Virus record (IMG/VR): IMGVR_UViG_3300012943_000009
Coordinates: 1 to 51,980 of that record
Direction: 5' to 3' (one strand)
Source: a virus
Taxonomy: Duplodnaviria; Caudoviricetes
Length of the DNA: 51,980 bases
Shown: positions 37,423 through 46,047 of the stretch, one piece after another
Numbering within the stretch: position 1 is the first letter of the stretch
Layout: each line of letters starts with the position of its first letter
Notes under the pieces: model-generated
Seen by the model: only the letters and a program-made list of their open reading frames with translations
What the model was told of the DNA's origin: nothing
Database searches by the model: none
Program-made: the position numbers and the translations under genes

Positions 37423-40400
37423 ATGTGGACTCAACAAGACGAAGCAAGGCTGCAAGAATTGCAGCATTCACTAGGCGCTGGCCCTCAGCAAGTTCCAGCC
37501 GAAAACCCTGAAGGCTACGGCATCTTAGGGTTTTCGGGACGAACAGCCGCGAACATCCTACCGGGTGCGCTGGAGAAGCTCATCAACATTCCCGAAGGCA
37601 TTCTCAACATGGGCGTGCCTGAGGACTATCAGTCTCAGCTGACTACGGTGCCGAACTTCTTTGACGTTCGCGCGCCACAAAGCATTTCTGAGCATATCAT
37701 TGGAGGAGCCGGAGAGATTGCAGAGTATCTACCTTCGATCATTGCAACCGAGGGCGCAGCCGCCAGCGGGCTTGCTCGCCTCGGCATGGCAGTCCCACGC
37801 ACTGCGGAAGCAATCGCTGCGGGTGCACGTCTCGCTCCGACTCGCGCTGCCCGCATCGCTGCGTCAGGTATTGGACAAGGTTTACCGATGACCCCGCATG
37901 GAGCAGAGACAACGATGGAGCAAGGTGGGGTTGGCGCGCTGCAAACTGCTGCAATGGATTGGGGGTGGAGGGGCAAAGCCGCTGCCAGTCTGATCGGTGG
38001 TGGTATTGGTTATTACCAAGGAGCACACGGCCCCGATGGCACGCCTTTGCAGGGTGCAATCTACGGCGGGCTAAACGCTCTCGGGCCTATCGCTATCGAC
38101 CCGCTTGTGAACAAGCTGACTGGCTATAAGCCGGGCGCCAAACCGGGCGGCGACCCGATTCCGGGACAACCTGCTACTCCGTATGGACCAGCCGAACGTC
38201 CTGACATTCTGCAGACCGGACGAACGGGTCTGCCTTTCGGCGTGGATGAAGCAATGGCCGATGCACAACGGACAACGGGTGCAGGTGCTCCTTATGACGT
38301 TTTTGGTGGGCGCGTGGAGCCGTGGTCTGGCTTGCGTCGTTCAACCGATCAAGGTCCGCTCCAACCCGGTCCCAACGGTTTGCCCTTCTACGAGGCACCT
38401 GACACCAGCGGGATGAGTCTGCGCCAAGACCCCGCGCAAACTGCGGCTGCTGCGGAAATGGCTGCTCCTTCTGCACGTGTTCGTCGCACTGATTACCCAC
38501 AAGCCAACCTGATGCAGCGCCAACTGTTCCCCATTCAAGGTGAAGTGGGCATGGGCAATCTGTTTGGCGGATTGGACCCTCGCATTGAAAACATCGCGCA
38601 GAGTCCTTACGGAAACGCAACCAGCCCTTATGACATTTTTGCAGGGCTGCAAACTGAGTTCCTCTCGCCTGCGGAGCGTGCGCACTTCCGCGACGGACCA
38701 CCTGCCAAGACTCGCACGCAAGAGACTCTGCGGCTGCCTGATCCCAACTCCACTCCATCAGCGAGCGGACTTCGGTTGACAGATCGCCCAGCACCTGAAC
38801 CCGGAATCCCTTTCCTTTCAGATACTACGCCAAGCGGCATGAAGCTGTGGACCGACCCGCTCTCTCCCAACGAGCGTGCCACTCAGCGTGGACAAGTGCA
38901 AGTCTGGAACAATCCAGATCAGTCTGCTCCTTACGTGCAAGGTGTCTCCCCTCACCCCGGTCTGAACTTTGGTCTGATGGGAACGGGTTCGGAATTCGCC
39001 TACGGTCGGGGCACTGATCCATTCGACATCTTCGGTGCGCGGGGTGTCCAGCCTGCTCCGATCATGTCGCAAGGTGAGACGTTCGCCAAAGGAGGTCTGT
39101 TTCCGCAAGCTCCTCTCTCCCCCGGTGAACAGGTGGCAATCTCAGGACACCGTGCGGGTCGTGACGTGCCTGTGCCGCAGATGCCTGAGCGCAAGCCTAC
39201 TCCTGTTACTTCCACTCCGGCAGGCAAAGGTAAAATTGCAGCCCTGCAAAATGTCTTCACTCCTCAAGGCAAGCCCTTCAAAGCTAAGCCTACGGGAAAG
39301 CCACGTATCGTTGCATCTGCTGTTCGCGATAACGCTACGGGCAAGATTGTTACTGGTGCTGTGTGGAACGATATGCACAAGAGCGTCAAAGAACAGAACA
39401 AAATGGCACATCTGTTCGATGTTGGCGACGATGCACAAGAAGCAACACACGGTTTCATCGTTGAAGATGAAGCAGGTAACATTCGTCCCGAGTTCGACCG
39501 TGATGCGGCAGGCGTGATCGCAGATGCTGCAAGACAACGAGATACGGAGTATGGTGGATACAGGTTACAAAGCGAGCACCTGCGAAACCCCACTAAGCCG
39601 GTTGAACCGGCACCCGCCGCAGCGGGACCTGCTCCTCATATCGCTGAACTTGAAGCGCTGAAAGAAGCAGCTAGCTTAGCTAACACTAAGCACCAAAATA
39701 TGTGGGGTGCTAAGGCGGACTATCCTTACAAGCAACGTAGAAAAGTTCGTGATGAGGCATATGCGTTAAATGACAAGGTTGATGCGATGTGGGAGAAGCA
39801 CTATGGCTCACGACTGACCGGCAGGAACGAAGCTGGCCAGACGTTCTCGGAGTGGATGACAGGTATCACGCCCGAGTATAAGGCCATGATGAAGAAGATC
39901 GAAGCAGAAGAAGCTGCTCGTGCTGCTGCTCCTTCTTTGCAGAAACTCGAGGATGCTGAGATTGCGCTCAACTACATGGCGGATAAACTGTTCAAGATGC
40001 AGCATGGCAAGATAAAGGGAGCTACTGCAAAAGGCATTGCCGATCATATTGCGGAAGTTGCACGCCTGCAAAAGGTCTATAACGACTTACGTGAAGCACG
40101 CTATGGTAAGCGGGACAACGTCGCGCCAAAAGCTGCGGACGTTGCGCCTGAGCCTGCCCCTGCCGCAGCGGGAAGCATGCCAGTTGCAGGCCTGCAAACT
40201 CCAAGTGGTATAGCTGCTCATGTATCCAGCATTCCTATGTATCGAGGCGTCCGTGGCGCACATAAGGGGGCGGGGATTAAAGGACCACAATACTTCATCA
40301 GTTCTGAATCGTTCGCTAAAACTTACGGACCAACCGAAGCGCACACTCTCAATCTTAAAAATCCCAAGATCGTCTCGGATGCGGAATGGCCTGCGTATTC

Positions 40401-43400
40401 GAGCAACGCGTTCAATCCTGCTAGCGAGATTGCACAGAAGCTAATCGCGGAAGGTCACGATAGTGTAGTCAATATCCGCAAGACCACAGCAGGTGATATG
40501 ATCACCACAATGGTCGTGGATGCAGAACAAGCACTAAAGTCCAAGGTCGAACCTGTTGTAGCCCCGGTCAAAACCAACAAGGCTCCGACAAAGGCTGACG
40601 TTGCACCTGAGCCTGCTCTGATCAAACCTGACGCGGTGCCCGAAGACGGACGCCCGAAAGTGATGGTGCCCAGCAAGCTCGAAGGTGCATGGGTGGAAGC
40701 CACTGTGATCGGAAAGGACAGGGATGTATTGACGGTGAAGGTCAACGATATCCACGATCCGATCTACGGCGACCGCACGATGGACATTGCCGAGAAGGAG
40801 ACACGACCTTTTGCAGCCCTGCAAAAAGCTGCCGAGGGCGGAGGCACCGTGCCATTCAAAGACGTTGAGTCTTCCCCTCTCACTCGCAAAGACGCGGTCA
40901 AGGGAGAGAACTACGGTGGTGCTGGTGACGAGACAATGCTGGGCAGCGTAATCGAAAGCAGCGGTCCGGCCAAGACTCACAAGACTCTGAAAGGAAAGGC
41001 GGGAACACAGAAGTGGGTTCTGGGAATTAAGGAAGCACTAGACCTTCTACCTGCTGAACCGCGCGCAATACTGGCGGAGATTCTCCACCAAGTGAATGTG
41101 GCGGTAGGGCGCGATATGCCCATCCACTTTGAGCGGGACATGCAAGGCGCGAAAGGTGGGTCGTATACTCTCTCCGGGCGCATCGGCGTTAATCTGCATT
41201 GGTTGAATCAAGTAGTGCAGGATTGGGAGAAGATGTCTCCCGCTAAGCAGGCGGATGCGCTGATGCAAGCTACGGCTTTGCTTGGGCATGAAGTCACCCA
41301 CACGGTCCAACGCTTTGCCGAGCAGTCCGGCATGGCGATCAATGGAGTGCCCATCACTGATGTTATTGTGGCAAGTGTGAACGGCATGTCGCTCTCTTCG
41401 CGCAAGTATGTTGCGGAGCAAATTCTGAAAGCAAAGGGACAGAAGAATGCCAGCCAGCGTGTGATCGACTACTTGTCTGGCGATTCGGCCATGATCAAAA
41501 AGTGGTATGAGCAGAAGCGTGGACCTCTCTCACAAGCGCAGGTCGAGCGACTAGCTGCTGGCGAGGTCATGGCGGAAGTTGGATCAATCGAATTGGTCAA
41601 GCGCATGAAGTTTGATGGCTTGCCTCAGACCTTTCGCGAGGCGGTTGACCGCTTCAAACAAGTGCTTGTTAATGTCACTAAGTGGATCACCGGCACCAGC
41701 AAGGATCACGATATTGCAGCCCTGCAAAACCTGCAAAGTATCGCCTCGAAGATGTATGACCACTTCGGTGCAGCGGACGAGCATGGTCTGGCTAAGGCTT
41801 TCCAGCATAGCACGCAATGGAAAGAGGCACCCACGGTTAATCCTTTCTCTTCAGCAGCCCCGAAGCCTCCGGGCACGCCGGGTAGCACGGTCACAGTTCC
41901 TCCTGACGTGGAGGTTCTCAATGGCGCGCTGTTGAGGCACGAGATACTGCGTCTCGGTGTGCGGGGTGCTGTCGGTGGAACCATCGGTGCTTTTGCAGGT
42001 CCTGCAATAGCGCCCAATCAGATCACCACCGCGGAAGGTATCTTGCTTGGTGGTATTGCGGGCGTGTTCGGTGTTACCGTCGCGAAGAAACTGATGAGTG
42101 GGAACCTTGCTGTCGAAGCGGCTGCTGCACTCAAAGCTCACCCGAAGAACCCTCTCAAAGCATTGGGTCATATCTTGGGCGGTGGCAAGTCGCTGCAAGA
42201 ACTCGGCATCGAAGGGAGGCACGGATGGAACGGCATTGGAAGCAGCATGGCCAAGTGGGTGCGTCAGTTTGAAAAGGACTTCGACCTCAACCTCGATCCA
42301 AAGCAGAAGGCATTGTTCGAGGATGCGCGTGGTGCGGGTGCTGAGCAGATTGCAATTATGACTGACGCGTTTGATAAGACACGCTGGTTCAAGCCAAACG
42401 CCAGCATGATCGAAGCGGTCGGCCATTATCTGGAAGGGCGTATCAGCAAGGACGATTATATGCGTCTGCTCACTACTCCCGAACAGCAGCAATACGGCAA
42501 CTTCATCGTGACTGCACGTGAGGCAATGACCAACCTGAGCAATATGTTTGCGGACGGTTTGCCTAATGGTGCATTCAAGAAGCATGTGATGGAAACGAGC
42601 GAGACATATCTCGGCAAATTCTACACCGCTTATACCGACGGCAAGTTCAAGATGGAGCATTTCGATGCTGCCAAAAAGGACATGATGGCTAAGCTCAATT
42701 ACTCGGATCAGACCGCAGATGCACTAATGCATGAGTATATGCGCGAGGTCCATGCGAACCGCAAAATGTTCAGCACTGGTCGGCGTGGTGAGTCAGGTGA
42801 GAAATATGATACCAGCACGCTCATGCGTCGTATGGCTACCGAGGAAGAAATCCAAGGGCAGAGCATGGTGGTCGCAGGATTGGAGCATGATAAGCACGGC
42901 ACTGACTACATTCGCGAGAAAGCAAAGCTCGACTGGATGGAGGAGCACAAGATCACGGACAACTGGCGTCGGTGGTTAGGCGAAGTTGAAAACCCATTGC
43001 AGCGTATGGTCTACACCATTCAGAAGATTCATGCTTCTGCGATCAGCGGTAAAGCCTTTGATCTGCTGGATACGATGACGCATACCAATGGAAACAAGTT
43101 CAGCTACACGTCGAAAGATATTCTGCAAGCACGCGCGTTACTTGAGAGCGAGATTGCCAAAGCCACTCCAGATAAAATTGCAGGCCTGCAAATTCGGCTT
43201 CGCGACTTGAATGGTTACGGGCCTCTTCCTCAAGGTGCAGCTTACGGCAAACTCTCGGGCAAGTGGGTAGATCGCTTCACTCGCGATGGCATCAACACTT
43301 ACGACTCGCCATATAAATGGTTGGAACAGCCGATCATTCGCTCTATGGCGGAGTTCAACAACCTGATCAAGATTGGGCATACCGCATACAATCCGCTGAC

Positions 43401-44772
43401 GGTCATGCGAAACTACATGCAGGCTCCTATAATGGGACTGATCGCACGCACGACCGCGGGCGATGTCGGGTCTGCGTGGAAAGAGATTCACTACACCAAA
43501 GGTGAGGACTACCGACTCATGCTGCGTAAGCATGTGATCGGTAGTGACTTCTCCACGCAAGAGTTGAGCAAGGGACCGGGCACAATCTTCTCAGGCCATA
43601 TGGACGCAGACATTGCGGTCAAAGCCGGAAAGGAAATTCATCGCGCTGTGCTCAAGGGCTACCAGCAGCCTGACATGATTATTCGTGCCGGTGCATTCAT
43701 TAGTGCTCGTAAGCGTTTCGCTCAACAGGCGTTGGAGAAGGGGATTGAAGTGATGGACGATCAAGGCGTTAAATCGGCACAGCATTTTGCAGACCTGCAA
43801 GAAGCGATGAAGCATGAAGGCGTCATCAACCAAGCAGTCGAGTTCACCAACCGTTACACGATGAACTACGCGACAGTGCCTGCCATCGTGAAGGCTGGGC
43901 GGCAGTTGCCCTTCATCAATCTGTATATCTCTTACACGTCGGAGATTACGCGCATCCTCAAGAACCTAACCGAGGACATGATTGCTCCCGGCCCGAACTC
44001 GGCTGGCCGTATGCACGCGATCACTACGCTGGCTGCGATGGCAGCGATCCCCACGATCATGACGATGGGCGGAAGGTCTATGCTCAGTGACCGCGACCGG
44101 AAAGATTGGGACCAAGTCGAAGCGCTCTCGCCCGGCTACAATCGCTCGCGCTTCCGCATACCTTACAAGCGCGAGGCTGACGGACGGTTTCGTTACTTCG
44201 ACATCACGAATCTACTGCCTGCCGATAACTTCTCACAGATGACGAAAGCGTTGGTGCAGGGAGATAACGCAGCATTCTGGAGCGCCAACCCGCTTGTCTC
44301 GATGCAGAACACTCCTTTGCTCAACATGGCTACGGAGCAGATCACGGGCAAGGATATGCGGACAGAGCAGTCTATTGAAGGCTTTGGCCGCGTGCGAGAG
44401 ATTCTGAAAGAAGTGTTGCCTCCTATCCTGCCTCCCGGCTACGAGGGTCAGCGGTTGCAGCGCGCCTTCTCCACGAATGTGGAAGGGACCGCAGGTCTGA
44501 CCAACATGCGAACTGGCGTGCAGTATCGCCCCTCGGACATTGTCGCGAACTACCTGACGGGCATGCGCTTCGGCAACGTCATGCTCTCGACTATGCAGAA
44601 GGGAGCAATCTCGGAGGCCAAGCAGCAGATCGCCGAGCAGCAACAGTTGATGCGCGAGACGACCAACATGAATGCAGGTCCCGCTGCCGCGCAACATGCG
44701 ACGGAGATTTACAACAAGGCCGTCGAGCAGATCATGCTCCAGCTGCACAGCAAGATGCCCAGCACGCAGTAG
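37423..44772 (+). CDS. Giant polyvalent internal virion protein (ART-like module, HExxH zincin motif, membrane-type segments, LPD38-like C-terminus)
   Basis: 2449 aa; MYRG...QYFISS..FAKTY...LNLKNP...GHDSVV; LGHEVTH; GxxxG-rich hydrophobic stretches. Confidence 0.7.
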   Translation: MWTQQDEARLQELQHSLGAGPQQVPAENPEGYGILGFSGRTAANILPGALEKLINIPEGILNMGVPEDYQSQLTTVPNFFDVRAPQSISEHIIGGAGEIAEYLPSIIATEGAAASGLARLGMAVPRTAEAIAAGARLAPTRAARIAASGIGQGLPMTPHGAETTMEQGGVGALQTAAMDWGWRGKAAASLIGGGIGYYQGAHGPDGTPLQGAIYGGLNALGPIAIDPLVNKLTGYKPGAKPGGDPIPGQPATPYGPAERPDILQTGRTGLPFGVDEAMADAQRTTGAGAPYDVFGGRVEPWSGLRRSTDQGPLQPGPNGLPFYEAPDTSGMSLRQDPAQTAAAAEMAAPSARVRRTDYPQANLMQRQLFPIQGEVGMGNLFGGLDPRIENIAQSPYGNATSPYDIFAGLQTEFLSPAERAHFRDGPPAKTRTQETLRLPDPNSTPSASGLRLTDRPAPEPGIPFLSDTTPSGMKLWTDPLSPNERATQRGQVQVWNNPDQSAPYVQGVSPHPGLNFGLMGTGSEFAYGRGTDPFDIFGARGVQPAPIMSQGETFAKGGLFPQAPLSPGEQVAISGHRAGRDVPVPQMPERKPTPVTSTPAGKGKIAALQNVFTPQGKPFKAKPTGKPRIVASAVRDNATGKIVTGAVWNDMHKSVKEQNKMAHLFDVGDDAQEATHGFIVEDEAGNIRPEFDRDAAGVIADAARQRDTEYGGYRLQSEHLRNPTKPVEPAPAAAGPAPHIAELEALKEAASLANTKHQNMWGAKADYPYKQRRKVRDEAYALNDKVDAMWEKHYGSRLTGRNEAGQTFSEWMTGITPEYKAMMKKIEAEEAARAAAPSLQKLEDAEIALNYMADKLFKMQHGKIKGATAKGIADHIAEVARLQKVYNDLREARYGKRDNVAPKAADVAPEPAPAAAGSMPVAGLQTPSGIAAHVSSIPMYRGVRGAHKGAGIKGPQYFISSESFAKTYGPTEAHTLNLKNPKIVSDAEWPAYSSNAFNPASEIAQKLIAEGHDSVVNIRKTTAGDMITTMVVDAEQALKSKVEPVVAPVKTNKAPTKADVAPEPALIKPDAVPEDGRPKVMVPSKLEGAWVEATVIGKDRDVLTVKVNDIHDPIYGDRTMDIAEKETRPFAALQKAAEGGGTVPFKDVESSPLTRKDAVKGENYGGAGDETMLGSVIESSGPAKTHKTLKGKAGTQKWVLGIKEALDLLPAEPRAILAEILHQVNVAVGRDMPIHFERDMQGAKGGSYTLSGRIGVNLHWLNQVVQDWEKMSPAKQADALMQATALLGHEVTHTVQRFAEQSGMAINGVPITDVIVASVNGMSLSSRKYVAEQILKAKGQKNASQRVIDYLSGDSAMIKKWYEQKRGPLSQAQVERLAAGEVMAEVGSIELVKRMKFDGLPQTFREAVDRFKQVLVNVTKWITGTSKDHDIAALQNLQSIASKMYDHFGAADEHGLAKAFQHSTQWKEAPTVNPFSSAAPKPPGTPGSTVTVPPDVEVLNGALLRHEILRLGVRGAVGGTIGAFAGPAIAPNQITTAEGILLGGIAGVFGVTVAKKLMSGNLAVEAAAALKAHPKNPLKALGHILGGGKSLQELGIEGRHGWNGIGSSMAKWVRQFEKDFDLNLDPKQKALFEDARGAGAEQIAIMTDAFDKTRWFKPNASMIEAVGHYLEGRISKDDYMRLLTTPEQQQYGNFIVTAREAMTNLSNMFADGLPNGAFKKHVMETSETYLGKFYTAYTDGKFKMEHFDAAKKDMMAKLNYSDQTADALMHEYMREVHANRKMFSTGRRGESGEKYDTSTLMRRMATEEEIQGQSMVVAGLEHDKHGTDYIREKAKLDWMEEHKITDNWRRWLGEVENPLQRMVYTIQKIHASAISGKAFDLLDTMTHTNGNKFSYTSKDILQARALLESEIAKATPDKIAGLQIRLRDLNGYGPLPQGAAYGKLSGKWVDRFTRDGINTYDSPYKWLEQPIIRSMAEFNNLIKIGHTAYNPLTVMRNYMQAPIMGLIARTTAGDVGSAWKEIHYTKGEDYRLMLRKHVIGSDFSTQELSKGPGTIFSGHMDADIAVKAGKEIHRAVLKGYQQPDMIIRAGAFISARKRFAQQALEKGIEVMDDQGVKSAQHFADLQEAMKHEGVINQAVEFTNRYTMNYATVPAIVKAGRQLPFINLYISYTSEITRILKNLTEDMIAPGPNSAGRMHAITTLAAMAAIPTIMTMGGRSMLSDRDRKDWDQVEALSPGYNRSRFRIPYKREADGRFRYFDITNLLPADNFSQMTKALVQGDNAAFWSANPLVSMQNTPLLNMATEQITGKDMRTEQSIEGFGRVREILKEVLPPILPPGYEGQRLQRAFSTNVEGTAGLTNMRTGVQYRPSDIVANYLTGMRFGNVMLSTMQKGAISEAKQQIAEQQQLMRETTNMNAGPAAAQHATEIYNKAVEQIMLQLHSKMPSTQ

Positions 44773-44790
44773 GTTTTGCAGGGCTGCAAA

Positions 44791-45057
44791 TCAGAGCTTG
44801 TCCCGTTCGGCGATCCATGCCTCCTGTCGCTCGGTGGTAATGATCGTAGTCTTACCGTCAGTGCGGTAGGTCGAGAGCATGTCATTGATCAGGACTTTGG
44901 CTGCCGCGAGTTTCTCTTCAAGATCGAGGCGAGCATCTGCCTGAATCTTGGCGACAAGCTCTTCGACTTCTTTGCCGGGAGGGGACTTACCCCCACCGAA
45001 AGCAGAGAGCATTACGGTTTCGCCAAGGTCATTGATCCATTCAACGGGATGTTTCAT
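44791..45057 (-). CDS. Hypothetical protein
   Basis: ORF bracketed by two palindrome copies. Confidence 0.65.
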   Translation of the reverse strand: MKHPVEWINDLGETVMLSAFGGGKSPPGKEVEELVAKIQADARLDLEEKLAAAKVLINDMLSTYRTDGKTTIITTERQEAWIAERDKL

Positions 45058-45079
45058 ATAGTTTTGCAGGGCTGCAAAA

Positions 45080-45607
45080 TCAGCACAGCCTGTGCTTCTT
45101 GCAATGGTAGACCAGCATCATCACCGCGTCGATGGTGTCGTGGTCGATCTTCATTTCGCTCAAGCCGAATAGCTTGAAGAAGCGGCGCGCTGTCACCACC
45201 TTCTTGACCGTGCCCTTCCAGTCAGGTGCCGTGTAGAGGAACAGCTTGCGGAAGTCCACTTGGAAGTAACCCGCGATATACATGGCGATGCCTGCGAGAT
45301 TGATCGTGTAGCCCTTGCGCGCTGCTGTCTTACCCTTGTCGCTGTCGTAGTAGGTAGGCCACTCCATCACTAGCACGTCGAAGGCGAAGCCAAGGCCGAT
45401 GATCCAATCCTTCAAGTCAGAGCAGCGCATCTGGAAGTTCATGCCGCTGACCTCGAAGCTGCCGAAGTCCCAATCATCCCGAATAACTTTTCCTTTCAGA
45501 TCGCGTTCGATCTCAACAACGGCCCAGCCGCATCTGTTCATGACTGATGGATCGAGGGCTAGGATACGGAGGATAGGCCCTTTGCAGGGCTGCAATTTCT
45601 TTTTCAT
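45080..45607 (-). CDS. RuvC-like Holliday junction resolvase
   Basis: RILALDPS...GWAV, LVME, WKG..KK and DTIDAV catalytic motifs. Confidence 0.85.
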   Translation of the reverse strand: MKKKLQPCKGPILRILALDPSVMNRCGWAVVEIERDLKGKVIRDDWDFGSFEVSGMNFQMRCSDLKDWIIGLGFAFDVLVMEWPTYYDSDKGKTAARKGYTINLAGIAMYIAGYFQVDFRKLFLYTAPDWKGTVKKVVTARRFFKLFGLSEMKIDHDTIDAVMMLVYHCKKHRLC

Positions 45608-45921
45608 TGGTAGTCTTTCCAGTCTGACCATAGGTCTACTTCACCTTGGCCGCGTGGGTCTTCATGTGGTTGAATCTGAACGGGTGGGATAGCATACTTG
45701 CGGCAGACCCAGCACCACTTAGTAGGGGCTACTTTGCAAGTGCACAAATTCTTGAGGGCACGACCGCTGGGCATATGGCGCATGGGAATGAAGTCATCCT
45801 TCATCCACTCTAGGGTGCGATCAGGCGCGACCCGTGCTTTCTTAGCTGATGCCCATGCGTTGGTTAGCTTTTTGCCTTTGGCTTTGGGCTTCTTGACGGG
45901 CTTTGGACGTTTTTTCATCAT
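45604..45921 (-). CDS. Basic hypothetical protein with CxC...CxxC
   Basis: Start MMKKRPK; overlaps the RuvC start. Confidence 0.55.
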   Translation of the reverse strand: MMKKRPKPVKKPKAKGKKLTNAWASAKKARVAPDRTLEWMKDDFIPMRHMPSGRALKNLCTCKVAPTKWCWVCRKYAIPPVQIQPHEDPRGQGEVDLWSDWKDYQ

Positions 45922-46047
45922 GGAAAGTGAAAGCCATAGGAGGTCCAGACGGCACACCATTCGTGATAGGCCTTAGCTTTCGCTAGGTCTTTGTCCATGT
46001 TGCTCAACATCGTGTTCCAGTCCTCGTCAGTGAGGCATTGGTAAGCG

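Larger units (their letters stand above)
3625..45499. repeat. Second dispersed, non-palindromic motif (ATCC)CTTTCCTTTCAG
   Basis: Exact TTTCCTTTCAG on + at about 9495, 16227, 18886, 28724, 33736, 38811, 45489 and on - at 3625, 7854, 13135, 40987. Variants near 164, 3338, 6571, 13031, 51116, 51511. Confidence 0.85.
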
